64,000 nt of DNA from an uncultured Actinomycetota bacterium (GCA_963812055.1 CAWEUA010000017.1:16253-80252); one strand, 5' to 3'; shown: positions 1 through 9,805, counted from the first letter of the stretch. Notes: generated from the letters alone by a model not told the origin. Numbers and translations: made by a program.

Positions 1-763
1 GTACAGGGACGGGCCGACGGGTGTCAGTGCGGCGGCGGCCGCGCAGGCGAGGGTCAGCCCGGCGGCCCGGACGACCACACGGAACGGAGCGCGGTCGAGA
101 CCGAGGCCGACGGTCGTCAGCGGCGCCGATCATCAAGGCGACCGGCCACATCCCGTGCAGCATCGCCCAGAGCCAGACCAGGGGCACCAGCCACCAGCGC
201 AGCCGGTGGTCGTCGAGCGTGCGCAGCCAGGCCGCGACCACCACGGCCGTCAGCAGGTAGCTCACGACCTGCGGTCGCATGGACAGGCCGCTCTCCATCG
301 CGTACAAGGACAGCGCCGTCACCGGCATCGCCACCAGCGCGTCCGCGCGGGCGCGCGCCGCGGCGTACAGACCCAGGAAGAGCAGGACCTCGAGCAGGCC
401 CGAGAGCCAGGCGACGCCGGCCAGGCCGAACCAGTCCTCGGTCTTGGCCATCACGATCTCGGAGAGCCACTGGGTCGGCACCCAGTCGGCGGTGGCGAAC
501 GTGCTCACGCTGCCGGGATGGCGGGGCGACCAGCCTTCGAGGAACTCGTGGCCGAAACGGAGATGGAAGTACGTGTCGGTGTTGGTCAGCGGGCGTGCGG
601 TGTTGACGAACAGCGAGACCAGGATGCCGGCGAGGACCAGCCAGGGGAACGCCGACCGCAGCCGGCGCAGCCAGTCAGCCGGCCGAGCGGAGGCGCTCGA
701 GAGCGAGATCGAAGACGATGTTGAGGGCGTTGACGTTGGACTGACCCCGTCGACGCGACTCAT
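1..763 (-). CDS. Multi-pass membrane protein (possible GT-C-like), partial at window edge, with an apparent 1-base frameshift near 120
   Basis: Minus-strand translation ...AFPWLVLAGILVSLFVNTARPLTNTDTYFHLRFGHEFL...SMRPQVVSYLL...LWAMLHGMWPVALMIGA; hydrophobic sequence continues in the adjacent frame (LTTVGLGLDR...LTPVGPSLY). Start codon uncertain (ATG at 763 overlaps the upstream gene). Confidence 0.55.
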   Translation of the reverse strand, partial: MSRVDGVSPTSTPSTSSSISLSSASARPADWLRRLRSAFPWLVLAGILVSLFVNTARPLTNTDTYFHLRFGHEFLEGWSPRHPGSVSTFATADWVPTQWLSEIVMAKTEDWFGLAGVAWLSGLLEVLLFLGLYAAARARADALVAMPVTALSLYAMESGLSMRPQVVSYLLTAVVVAAWLRTLDDHRLRWWLVPLVWLWAMLHGMWPVALMIGAADDRRPRSRPRSVPCGRPGRRADPRLRGRRRTDTRRPVPV

Positions 764-1379
764 CTGCGTAGTCGATCACGACCGGGGCCTCCGTCCAACT
801 GAGGCCGCGGCGCGAGATCAGGCCGAGGAGCTGGCTGGCATGGGCCATGTCGGCCAGCGTGAGGTCGATCTGCTCGACCGCGTGCCGGGTCAGCACCCGA
901 AGGCCGTTGTGAGTGTCCGTGACGCTCAGCCTCGTCGTGGCTCGGGTGAAGGCGACGCCGGCCCGCAGGACGGTACGCCGAGCGCGCGGGATGTCGTTCT
1001 GGTCGTTCAGGAAGCGTGACCCCAGCACCACGTCGACCCCGGTGTCGCGAGCGACGTTCAGCAGCGACAGTGCGTCTGCGACCCGGTGCTGGCCGTCGGA
1101 GTCGAAGGTGACGACGTAGCGCATGCCCGGGTCGGTGAGTGCGTAGGCAAAGCCCGTCTGCAGCGCGGCACCCTGGCCGAGGTTGCTCGGGTGGCGGACG
1201 ACGCGTGCGCCGGCCGCTCGGGCCAGCGCTGCGGTCTCGTCGCGGCTGCCGTCGTCGACGACGACCACGGTCCCGAACTCGGAGCGAAGGCCGGCAACGA
1301 CGGCAGCGACCCGACCCTCTTCGTTGTACGCCGGGACCACGACGGTCACGTCGGGATGACGCGCCTGCTCTCCGGCCAT
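675..1379 (-). CDS. Glycosyltransferase family 2 (DPM1-like polyprenol-phosphate glycosyltransferase)
   Basis: VVVPAYNE, VVVDDGSRD, HPSNLGQGAAL, FDSDGQH (DxD), DTHNGLR motifs. Confidence 0.85.
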   Translation of the reverse strand: MAGEQARHPDVTVVVPAYNEEGRVAAVVAGLRSEFGTVVVVDDGSRDETAALARAAGARVVRHPSNLGQGAALQTGFAYALTDPGMRYVVTFDSDGQHRVADALSLLNVARDTGVDVVLGSRFLNDQNDIPRARRTVLRAGVAFTRATTRLSVTDTHNGLRVLTRHAVEQIDLTLADMAHASQLLGLISRRGLSWTEAPVVIDYADESRRRGQSNVNALNIVFDLALERLRSAG

Positions 1380-1451
1380 GGCCGCAGAGTAGGAGTTCGC
1401 AGGGGTCCCCGGAGGTGTTTCCGGGCAATTCTGACCGTTCGGCCAGGCAGG

Positions 1452-2304
1452 TCATCCCGCCTGGGTCACGAAGTCGATCAGCTCCTCGACCCGGCCCAGC
1501 AGCGCGGGCTCGCAGTCGGCGTACGACGTGACGTGGCCGAGGATCTCGCGCCAGGCGCGGGCGATGTCGGCCTGGTCCGTGTGCGGCCACCCCAGCGCCT
1601 CGCACACGCCGTGCTTCCACTCGACGTCTCGTGGGACGTCCGGCCACGCGGCGAGACCGAGCCGGTCCGGCTTCACGCCGGCCCAGACGTCGACGAACGG
1701 GTGCCCGACGACCAGCACGTGCTCGCCGACGGGGGAGCGGCGCACGTCGTCGGCGATGCGACTCTCCTTGGAGCCGGCGACGAGGTGGTCGACCAGCACC
1801 CCCACGCGACGCTCCGGGCCGGGGCCGAAGTCGCGCAGCGCCGACACCAGGTCGTCGACGCCGCCGAGGTACTCGACCACGACTCCCTCGAGGCGCAGGT
1901 CGTCGCCCCACACCTTCTCGACCAGCTCGGCGTCGTGACGGCCCTCGACGAAGATCCGGCTCTCCCGGGCCACCCGTGCGCGGGCGCCCGGCACGGCCAC
2001 CGATCCGGACGCGGTACGCCGGGGTGCCGGCCGGCGACGGCGTGGTCACAGGGGCGGACAGCACGACCGGCCGGCCCTCGAGCAGGAAGCCCGGCCCCAA
2101 CGGGAACGACCTGCGTCGCCCGCGACGGTCCTCGAGCGTCAGTGTGTGGAGGTCGCGGTCGACCGTGACGATCTCACCGCAGAAGTCGGTCATGACCTCC
2201 TCGACCACCAGTCCGGGCGTCGCCTCGGCAGGGGTGGCCCGACCGCGCTTCGGGGCTCGCCAGTCGGAGGAGAGCACGTCTGATCCGTAGCGGTCCGGGG
2301 TCAC
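1452..2304 (-). CDS. DUF3097 family protein, split by an apparent 1-base frameshift near 2025
   Basis: N-terminal part (DRYGSDVL...GFCGEIV-like, LEDRRGRRRSFPLGPGFLLEGRPVVL) joins a second frame (RRTASGSVAVPGARARVARESRIFVEGRHDAELVEKVWGDDLR...VDHLVAGSKESR). TAGCGT lies 6 nt before GTG 2304. Confidence 0.75.
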
Positions 2305-2355
2305 CGGTCCACGCTAGGTCCGCACCAGGTGGGCACCACCGAGGCGCGCCGCGCC

Positions 2356-2616
2356 TCAGCCGTCGGACTGGGCCTCGGAGGACGCCTCGCCTGACGACGC
2401 TCCGGGCGCGTCGCCTCCCCCCTTGTCGGCGTCCTCCGAGTCCCCGCCCGAACCGCTCGAGGTGTCCTTGAGGACGTCCTCGGGCACGTCGTCGTCCGCG
2501 GGCTGCGCGAGCGGGTTGTCCTCGCTGGGCCGCACGTCCTCGGGGAGCTCGTCGTCGGTGATCGACATCGGGCCGCCCTCGTCCGCGTCGGCGTGCTCCG
2601 ACGACTGCTCGCTCAT
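2356..2616 (-). CDS. Small acidic low-complexity hypothetical protein
   Basis: MSEQSSEHADADEGGPMSITDDELPEDVRPSEDNPLA...; fills the gap between neighbouring genes. Confidence 0.5.
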   Translation of the reverse strand: MSEQSSEHADADEGGPMSITDDELPEDVRPSEDNPLAQPADDDVPEDVLKDTSSGSGGDSEDADKGGGDAPGASSGEASSEAQSDG

Positions 2617-2679
2617 GTCGACCGTTGTATGCCGCGATCCGAGTCCCCGCACCACCCGGAGGGGTGCATCGTCGAACCT

Positions 2680-3531
2680 TCAGGCGAGCGGCAGGGAACG
2701 ACCGCCCGGTGGCAGCTGCTCGTACCCGCGGGCGACGGCGTGCGTCAGGGCCTCTCGGGGGAACGGCCACTCTCCCTCGGCGAGCGCACGCTCGACGGGG
2801 ATGCCGGCGGCCGCGAGGTCACGGATCGTCTGGGCGGTGATCGCGACGTCCTGACGCTGCTGCTCGACGAAGTCGCGATCGACGATCGCGCCGTGTCCGG
2901 GCACCACGACGGTGTCGCGCGCCACGAGGTTGATCACCACGTCGAGGGTGCCCGGCCAGTCGAGGGGATGGCTGTCCACGCCGAACGCCGGCGGGCCGCT
3001 CTCCTCCACCAGGTCGCCGGCCAGCACGATGTCCGCGTCGCCGATGCGGATGACCGCGTCACCGGCCGTGTGGCCGCGACCGGGGTGGATCAGCTCGACC
3101 TGCCGGTCGCCGAGGTCGAGGACCCGCACGGAGGAGAAGGTGTGGTCCGCCGGCACGATCGCGGTCTCGAGCACCTCGTCGCGGTAGGGGTCGTCCCAGT
3201 CCGGCTCGATGCGCTCCTTGGTCTGCTCGCCGGCGTACACCGTGCGCTCGGCGGCGACCTCGTGGGCGTGGATCGGCACCTCGCCGTACGCCTCGCGAAA
3301 GGCGACGTTGCCGAAGGTGTGGTCGAAGTGCTCGTGGGTGTTGACGATCGCCGTCACGTCGCCGATGCCGAGCTCGCGGACCTCCTCGATGATCGTCCGC
3401 GCCGCCCGGGCCGATGCCTGGGTGTCGACGACGATCACGCCGTCCGATCCCCGGACGAGGCAGACGTTGAGGTCGTACCACTTCTGCCGGGCGACCCAGA
3501 CCCGGTCGGCCACCTCACGGAATCCCGCCAT
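2680..3531 (-). CDS. MBL-fold metallo-hydrolase
   Basis: NTHEHFDHTFGN (HxHxDH), GRGHTAGD, GDLV, VVPGHG motifs. Confidence 0.85.
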   Translation of the reverse strand: MAGFREVADRVWVARQKWYDLNVCLVRGSDGVIVVDTQASARAARTIIEEVRELGIGDVTAIVNTHEHFDHTFGNVAFREAYGEVPIHAHEVAAERTVYAGEQTKERIEPDWDDPYRDEVLETAIVPADHTFSSVRVLDLGDRQVELIHPGRGHTAGDAVIRIGDADIVLAGDLVEESGPPAFGVDSHPLDWPGTLDVVINLVARDTVVVPGHGAIVDRDFVEQQRQDVAITAQTIRDLAAAGIPVERALAEGEWPFPREALTHAVARGYEQLPPGGRSLPLA

Positions 3532-3577
3532 GGGGCGAGCCTAGGGTCAGGGAGGTGACTGGAGCGCTGGAGTAGAG

Positions 3578-3604
3578 TTGGCACTCCCAGGTGGTGAGTG
3601 CCAA
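3578..3604 (+). promoter_or_regulatory. CIRCE element (HrcA operator)
   Basis: TTGGCACTC-N9-GAGTGCCAA, a perfect 9-9-9 inverted repeat directly upstream of hrcA. Confidence 0.92.
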
Positions 3605-3627
3605 AGCGGCAGAAGGAGGAGGTGGCG

Positions 3628-4641
3628 ATGCAGGACGAACGCCGCCTCGCCGTGCTGCGCGCCATCGTCGAGGACTACGTCTCCACGCAGGAGCCCGTCG
3701 GCTCCAAGGCACTCGTCGAGCGGCACGGTCTCGGGGTCTCGCCCGCGACCGTGCGCAACGACATGGCCGCGCTGGAGGAGGAGGGGCTGATCACCCAGCC
3801 CCACACCAGCGCCGGCCGGGTCCCCACGGACAAGGGGTACCGGCTCTTCGTCGACCGGCTCACCACGATCAAGCCGATGACGTCGGCGGAGAAGCGCGCC
3901 ATCGCCTCGATCCTGGACGGCGCGGTCGACCTGGACGACGTCGTCCAGCGCTCGGTGCGGCTGCTGGCCCAGCTGACCCACCAGGTCGCGCTGGTGCAGT
4001 ACCCGACGCTGTCGCGCTCGACCGTGCGCCACATCGACATCGTCGACCTGGCCCCGATGCGTCTGCTCGTGGTGCTGATCCTGAGCTCGGGCCGGGTCGA
4101 GCAGCGACTCGTCGAGCTGACCAACCCGATCGGCGAGGACGACGTCCTGGTGCTCCGGGAGCGTCTGGCCGCGGCCGTCCACGGGCGGATCATCGCCGAC
4201 GCCGGGGCCGCGCTCTCCTCGCTCGAGGCGCCGAACGACGGAGGCATCCAGAACGCCGTCGTGGAGGCCCTCGTCGACGCCCTGTCCGACCACCGGTCCG
4301 CCGAACGGGTCGCCGTGGGTGGCGCCGCCAACCTGGCCCGCTTCGGGGACAACTTCGAGATCTCGGTCCGGCCGCTCCTCGAGGCCCTCGAGGAGCACGT
4401 CGTCCTGCTCAAGCTGCTCGGAGAGGCCCAGACGGGCGGCATGGTGACCGTCCGGATCGGCCACGAGGGGCCCTACCAGGAGTTCGCCACGACCAGCGTC
4501 GTCTCCACCGGGTACGGCCCGGGCGACGAGGCGGTCGGCAACCTCGGCGTGGTCGGCCCCACCCGCATGGACTACCCGGGAACGATGTCAGCGGTGCGCG
4601 CGGTCGCCCGCTACGTGTCCCGCATCCTCGACGAGGCCTAG
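3628..4641 (+). CDS. hrcA: Heat-inducible transcription repressor HrcA
   Basis: [61 protein letters not shown]; AGGAGG RBS before ATG 3628. Confidence 0.95.
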   Translation: MQDERRLAVLRAIVEDYVSTQEPVGSKALVERHGLGVSPATVRNDMAALEEEGLITQPHTSAGRVPTDKGYRLFVDRLTTIKPMTSAEKRAIASILDGAVDLDDVVQRSVRLLAQLTHQVALVQYPTLSRSTVRHIDIVDLAPMRLLVVLILSSGRVEQRLVELTNPIGEDDVLVLRERLAAAVHGRIIADAGAALSSLEAPNDGGIQNAVVEALVDALSDHRSAERVAVGGAANLARFGDNFEISVRPLLEALEEHVVLLKLLGEAQTGGMVTVRIGHEGPYQEFATTSVVSTGYGPGDEAVGNLGVVGPTRMDYPGTMSAVRAVARYVSRILDEA

Positions 4642-4655
4642 GAGCTTCCCGGCAG

Positions 4656-5840
4656 ATGACCCCCGATCCCGACCTGTACAGCGTGCTCGGCGTCGATCGC
4701 GACGCCGACGCCGACGCGATCAAGAAGGCCTACCGCCGGCTCGCGCGCCAGCTGCATCCCGACGTCAACCCCGACCCGGAGACGCAGGAGCGGTTCAAGG
4801 AGGTCTCGCGCGCCTACGACGTGCTGAGCGACCCGCAGAAGCGAGCGGCGTACGACCGTGGCGGTGACGTCTTCGGCGGCGCGGGCGGCTTCGGTGCCGG
4901 CTTCTCCTTCACCGACATCATGGACGCGTTCTTCGGTGGCCAGGCGCCCGGCACGCAGGGCCGGGGACCCCGCCCGCGGGTCCACCGCGGCCAGGACGCG
5001 CTCATCCGGATGGAGGTCTCGCTGGCGGAGGCGGCGTTCGGCGTCGCCCGCGAGCTCAAGGTCGACACCGCCGTCGTCTGTACCGCCTGCAGCGGCGAGG
5101 GGACGGCTCCCGGCAGCCACCCGGTGCCCTGCGAGACCTGTCGCGGCAGCGGCGAGGTCGCCCACGTGCAGCGGTCCTTCCTCGGGGAGATCCGCACCCT
5201 CCGCCCGTGCTCGGCGTGCCGCGGCTACGGCACGCTGATCCCCGACCCGTGTCGGGAGTGCTCGGGTGAGGGTCGGGTGCGCGCCCGGCGTTCGATCATG
5301 GTCAAGATCCCGGCGGGCGTCGACACCGGCACCCGCGTCCAGCTGGCTGGACAGGGCGAGGTCGGCGCGGGCGGTGGCCCGGCCGGCGACCTGTACGTCG
5401 AGGTGCATGTCGCGCCGCACGAGGTGTTCACCCGCGACGGCACGACCCTGCACTGCACCGTCGCGGTCCCGATGACCGCTGCCGCCCTGGGCACGACCCT
5501 GACCCTGCCGACGCTCGAGGCCGACACCGAGACCGGCGCCGACAGCGGGATCGAGACGTCGTTCGAGCTGGACGTGAAGGCCGGCACCCAGTCCGGCAGC
5601 GAGCACACCTTCCGCGCCCGTGGCGTGCCGGGGCTGCGGGGCGGGCGGGGCGACCTCGTGGTGACGGTCATGGTCGAGACGCCGTCGCGGCTCGATCCCC
5701 GTCAGGAGGAGCTCCTCCGCGAGCTCGCCGCCATCCGGGGCGAGGAGAAGCCCGACGGCCGCCTCGGTGGGTCGCGGCCGTCCACCTCCGTCTTCGGACG
5801 CATCCGCGACGCGTTCAACGGTCCGCCGACCCGGCACTGA
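4656..5840 (+). CDS. dnaJ: Molecular chaperone DnaJ
   Basis: J-domain with HPD, G/F-rich region, four CxxCxGxG zinc-finger repeats, KIPAGVDTG. Confidence 0.95.
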   Translation: MTPDPDLYSVLGVDRDADADAIKKAYRRLARQLHPDVNPDPETQERFKEVSRAYDVLSDPQKRAAYDRGGDVFGGAGGFGAGFSFTDIMDAFFGGQAPGTQGRGPRPRVHRGQDALIRMEVSLAEAAFGVARELKVDTAVVCTACSGEGTAPGSHPVPCETCRGSGEVAHVQRSFLGEIRTLRPCSACRGYGTLIPDPCRECSGEGRVRARRSIMVKIPAGVDTGTRVQLAGQGEVGAGGGPAGDLYVEVHVAPHEVFTRDGTTLHCTVAVPMTAAALGTTLTLPTLEADTETGADSGIETSFELDVKAGTQSGSEHTFRARGVPGLRGGRGDLVVTVMVETPSRLDPRQEELLRELAAIRGEEKPDGRLGGSRPSTSVFGRIRDAFNGPPTRH

Positions 5841-5843
5841 GCG

Positions 5844-6585
5844 ATGTCGCTCCCCGTCCACTGGGTGGAGTCGCTGGCCGGCGTACGCCCGGGCGACGTG
5901 GTGAGCGTCGAGGGGGACGAGGCGCATCACGCGGTCGCCGTACGCCGCCTCCGCCCGGGCGAGCGACTCGTGCTGACCGACGGCGTGGGGACCACGGTCG
6001 CCGGCACCGTGGCCGAGACCGCGAAGCGTCACCTGACGGTCTCGGCCGACCGGGTGGAGCACCTGGCCGAGCCCGTCCCGAGGATCACGGTCGTCCAGGC
6101 CCTGCCCAAGGGCGATCGCGGCGAGCTCGCCGTCGAGGTGCTGACCGAGGTCGGCGTGGCCACGATCGTGCCCTGGGCAGCCTCGCGCTCGGTTGCCGTG
6201 TGGCGGGGCGACCGCGTCGACAAGGGGTTGGCCCGCTGGCGGGCGACCGCCCGTGAGGCGGCCAAGCAGGCGAGGCGCGCGTGGTTCCCCGAGATCGCCG
6301 CGCCTCGCCTCGACCGACGACGTCGCGACGCTCGTCGCCGGAGCCTCGATGGCCGTCGTCCTGCACGAGGGTGCCGACGTCGGCTTGGGCGACGTGGCGG
6401 TGCCCGACGACGGCAGCGTGCTGCTGGTGGTCGGTCCCGAGGGCGGGCTCAGCGACGAGGAGCTGGAGGTGTTCCGCGGCGCCGGCGCGACCGTCGTACG
6501 GCTGGGGTCGGAGGTGCTCCGCACCTCGACGGCCGGCGTCGTTGCGGTGGCGTCTGTGCTGGCCCGCACCCCGCGCTGGTGCTGA
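5844..6585 (+). CDS. rsmE: 16S rRNA (uracil1498-N3)-methyltransferase RsmE, apparent 1-base frameshift at about 6303
   Basis: GDEAHHAVAVRRL, QALPKGDR, LTEVGV, EAAKQARR in one frame; VVGPEGGLS and LRTSTAG in the next frame. Confidence 0.9.
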
Positions 6586-6598
6586 CCGCCCCGCAGGC

Positions 6599-7639
6599 CT
6601 ACTTCACCGTGATGACGCGCGTGTCCTTCGCGGGCTTGTCCTTCTCCGACCCACCGTCGTTCTGTGCCACCAGGGTGTAGGTGCCGGGCGGCACCTTCGA
6701 CAGGACGATGGTCACCGTCCAGGGGTACAGCCGATCCCCGCCGAAGCCACCGATCGTCGGGATCGAGGCGTAGCTCCGGCCGCCGCGCATCAGCGAGACG
6801 GCCGCCGTGCCCTCGTAGCCGTTGTTCAACCCGGTGACGCGCAGCGTGTCGCCCGACACCGGATCGCCCTGGTTGGGGGTCGAGATGCTGATGTGCGACA
6901 GCGTGTCCAGCACCCTGTCCGCGTCGACGGGTCCGGGGGTGGGAACGCCGAGCACGTCCTGAGCCGGCCCCGCGCGCGTCATGAACTGCACCGGGAGGTG
7001 GGTGTGGAACGCCGCCTGGAGCGTGTACACGACCTGCTGGACCGCGGCCCGGGCGTACGCCGGCGACATGTCGGCCGGCCGGTGCTGCAGGGAGGCGTAG
7101 CCCAGGCTCACCGTGATGAGTCCGGTCTCCGTGTGCAGCTTCGCGTCCCGGAGATCCCCCGCACGCCACGTGGTGGAGTAGTCGGGGTCGAGCGGTGTCG
7201 TCTGGAGGCCCTCCTGCGCCAGCTGTCCCGCGGAGGTCGCCTCGGCGCCGCCGTGGAGCTCGCGGAAGAGGACGGGCTTCTCGTGCGGGTCCTTGCCGAC
7301 GTAGTAGACGGCGTACTCGTGCGTGTCACCCGAGGGCGAGGACGACGGGTCGGCGGCTGCGGTGTCGGTCGCGATGACCGTCGGCGGCCCGGACGAGCCG
7401 TCGGGCTGGCCGGCGTACCCGGGCTCGGCGGAGTTGTTGCTCGCGACGTTGACGACGTACGCGACCAGGCAGATGACCGCGGCGACGATGGCGGCGGCGG
7501 CGTACCAGGGGCGGGCGTGGAAGACGCGCACCACCGGGACACCGGGTCGGACCGAGGCACGCAGCTCCTCGATCCGGTCGTCCGGCTCGACGTCGGAGAC
7601 CGCGTCGCGGAGCAGGTGGCGGAGCTGGTCGTCGTTCAT
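6599..7639 (-). CDS. Membrane-anchored anti-sigma-like protein with GerMN/Gmad2 Ig-like extracytoplasmic domain
   Basis: Short N-terminal cytoplasmic segment (LRHLLRDAVSDVEP), one TM helix (WYAAAAIVAAVICLVAYVV), AVYYVG, QQVVYTLQ; ATGA overlap with the sigma factor stop. Confidence 0.65.
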   Translation of the reverse strand: MNDDQLRHLLRDAVSDVEPDDRIEELRASVRPGVPVVRVFHARPWYAAAAIVAAVICLVAYVVNVASNNSAEPGYAGQPDGSSGPPTVIATDTAAADPSSSPSGDTHEYAVYYVGKDPHEKPVLFRELHGGAEATSAGQLAQEGLQTTPLDPDYSTTWRAGDLRDAKLHTETGLITVSLGYASLQHRPADMSPAYARAAVQQVVYTLQAAFHTHLPVQFMTRAGPAQDVLGVPTPGPVDADRVLDTLSHISISTPNQGDPVSGDTLRVTGLNNGYEGTAAVSLMRGGRSYASIPTIGGFGGDRLYPWTVTIVLSKVPPGTYTLVAQNDGGSEKDKPAKDTRVITVK

Positions 7640-8214
7640 CGAGACTCCTCGAGGACCTCGACGAGCTGGGTGCGCAAGGCGGCGGCGCCACGCGAGGCGT
7701 GGCTCTTCACCGCGCCGCGGCTGATCCCCAGGGTGTCGGCGATCTCCGCCTCGGAGAGATCGAGGTAGTAGCGCAGGACCAGCACCTCGCGCTGGCGACG
7801 CGGCAACGTGCCCAACGCGGCGAGGACCGTCTCTCGCCGGTCGTGGTCGTACGTCGCGAGGTCGGCGGCCGCGGCCGGCTCGGGGGGCTGCTCGCGGTCG
7901 ACGTGGCGACGGACGACGGCGAGGTGCCGCAGGTGGGACCGTGAGCGGTTGACCACGCTCTGGCGGAGGTAGGCCAGCGCCTTGTCGGGGTCCTCGAGCC
8001 GGTTCCAGCGTCCGTGCACCGCGACGAAGCACTCCTGCACGATCTCCTCGGCGGTGCCGACATCGCGGACGAGGAGGACGGCGAGGCGCACCAGCCGGCG
8101 CCAGTGCGCGGCGTACAGCAGCTCCAGCGCCTCGTCGGCGCTCCAGCCGGACACCTGGCTCCGGGGAGCCATCAGCCGGACCTCCGCATGTCCGATCACG
8201 GTAGTAGCACGCAT
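7636..8214 (-). CDS. ECF RNA polymerase sigma factor (SigE-family)
   Basis: LVRLAVLLVRD...AEEIVQECF, YLRQSVVN, LPRRQREVLVLRYYLDLSEAEIADTLGISRGAVKSHASR. Start uncertain. Confidence 0.88.
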   Translation of the reverse strand: MRATTVIGHAEVRLMAPRSQVSGWSADEALELLYAAHWRRLVRLAVLLVRDVGTAEEIVQECFVAVHGRWNRLEDPDKALAYLRQSVVNRSRSHLRHLAVVRRHVDREQPPEPAAAADLATYDHDRRETVLAALGTLPRRQREVLVLRYYLDLSEAEIADTLGISRGAVKSHASRGAAALRTQLVEVLEESR

Positions 8215-8270
8215 CCCCGACGCCCGAGGTTTACCGCGGAGGTGTCGCGCAATCGTGACACGATGAGCGC

Positions 8271-8609
8271 GTGGACGACTGCATCTTCTGCTCGATCGTG
8301 GCCGGAGACATCCCGGCCGAGGTCGTCGCGCGAACCGAGACCGCGGTGGCCTTCCGGGACCTGAACCCGCAGGCGCCGCTGCACGTGCTCGTCGTCCCCC
8401 GCACGCACGTCGCCAACGCCGCTGAGCTCGCCGATCGCGAGCCGGAGACTGTTGCCGAGCTCGTTCGCCTCGCCCGTGACATCGCCGCCGACGCCGGCCA
8501 CGACAGCTATCGGCTGGTGTTCAACACCGGCGCCGAGGCCGGGCAGTCGGTGTTCCACGCCCACCTGCACGTGCTGGCCGGAAGGACGCAGGCGTGGCCT
8601 CCCGGATGA
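8271..8609 (+). CDS. Histidine triad (HIT) nucleotide-binding protein
   Basis: DCIFCSIVAGDIP, FRDLNPQAPLHVLVVP, AGQSVFHAHLHVL. Confidence 0.88.
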   Translation: MDDCIFCSIVAGDIPAEVVARTETAVAFRDLNPQAPLHVLVVPRTHVANAAELADREPETVAELVRLARDIAADAGHDSYRLVFNTGAEAGQSVFHAHLHVLAGRTQAWPPG

Positions 8610-9805
8610 CCGGGAGGGTCGCCGCGGTCGCGGCCGCGGTGGCCGTCGCAGCCTTGGCGATCGCCCTGGCCCTCGTCGCCTCGGGCAACACCGCCTCACC
8701 TTCTGCCGGCGCGAAGCCGTCCAGCTCGCCCACCTCGCCCACCTCCTCAGAGACCCAGCAGCAGACGCATCCGGTGGCCGTGGCGAAGCCGAGGCCGCTG
8801 CGTCCGGGTGAGAGCCGGATGAAGCTGCGGATGGCCTCGACGTTCACGCCGTCGGCACCGAACGGCGTCGGCACGGACGACTACCGCTGCTTCCTGCTGG
8901 ACCCGCACCTCACGCAGGACCGATTCCTGACCGGGACGACCGTCCTGCCCGACAACCCGGACGTCGTGCACCACGTGATCCTGTTCCGGGCCGACCCCGA
9001 CCAGGTGGCGGCCGCGAAGCAGCTCGACGCCCGGGACCCCGGCGAGGGCTGGACCTGCTTCGGCGACAGCGGCCTGCCGAACAGCAACGACCTCGACGAC
9101 GCGCCGTGGCTGGGTGCCTGGGCGCCGGGTTCGCGGGAGTCCGTGGACAGCCCCGGGTACGGCGTACCGCTGCCGGCCGGGAGCCAGATCGTGATGCAGG
9201 TCCACTACAACCTGCTCGCCGGAGCCGGGCCGGACCGGTCCGCGGCCCTGCTGCGGCTGGCGCCTCCGTCGGCCCGGCTGACGCCGATCGAGACCATGCT
9301 GCTGCCCGCCCCGGTCGAGCTTCCGTGCCGCCGCGGCCATCGGGACAACCCGCTGTGCAACCGGACCGCGTCCATCGCCGACGTCGTGCACCGCTTCGGG
9401 GGCGTCGGGCAGACCGACAACTGGCTCAACGTGCTGTGCGGCGAGCAGCGCAACACCGAGGTCACGACCTGTACCCGCACCATCCAGCAACCGACGACGA
9501 TCCGAGCCGTCGCCGGCCACATGCACCTCCTCGGCCGCTCGATCAAGGTGCAGGTCGATCCCGGCACGCCGCGGGCGCGGACGATCCTCGACATCAAGGT
9601 CTGGGACTTCGACAACCAGGTGGCCCGGCAGATCAAGCCGGTCTCGCTCCAGCCGGGCGAGACGGTGAAGGTCACCTGCCGCCACGTCCAGTGGCTGCGC
9701 GACCAGCTGCCGGCCTTCCACGGGCAACCCGACCGGTACGTCGTGTGGGGCGAGGGGACCACCGACGAGATGTGCCTCGGGATCCTGGCCGTCACGCATC
9801 CGTGA
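8606..9805 (+). CDS. Exported copper type II ascorbate-dependent monooxygenase-like (PHM/DBH-like) protein
   Basis: N-terminal hydrophobic anchor; DDYRCF, VVHHVILF, QVHYN, AGHMHLLG, WDFDNQ, WGEGTTDEMC. Confidence 0.7.
   Translation: MTGRVAAVAAAVAVAALAIALALVASGNTASPSAGAKPSSSPTSPTSSETQQQTHPVAVAKPRPLRPGESRMKLRMASTFTPSAPNGVGTDDYRCFLLDPHLTQDRFLTGTTVLPDNPDVVHHVILFRADPDQVAAAKQLDARDPGEGWTCFGDSGLPNSNDLDDAPWLGAWAPGSRESVDSPGYGVPLPAGSQIVMQVHYNLLAGAGPDRSAALLRLAPPSARLTPIETMLLPAPVELPCRRGHRDNPLCNRTASIADVVHRFGGVGQTDNWLNVLCGEQRNTEVTTCTRTIQQPTTIRAVAGHMHLLGRSIKVQVDPGTPRARTILDIKVWDFDNQVARQIKPVSLQPGETVKVTCRHVQWLRDQLPAFHGQPDRYVVWGEGTTDEMCLGILAVTHP

Noticed and set aside
6285-6330. Programmed ribosomal frameshifting in rsmE and the other split genes
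   Set aside because: No slippery heptamer or consistent stimulatory structure; five similar single-base breaks point to sequencing error.
4638-7169. 843-aa minus-strand ORF and similar long ORFs (58900-61788, 33663-35609, 48405-50339, 54542-56785)
   Set aside because: Antisense or shadow frames of well-supported genes, Arg/Gly/Pro-rich with no motifs; expected in DNA of this GC content.
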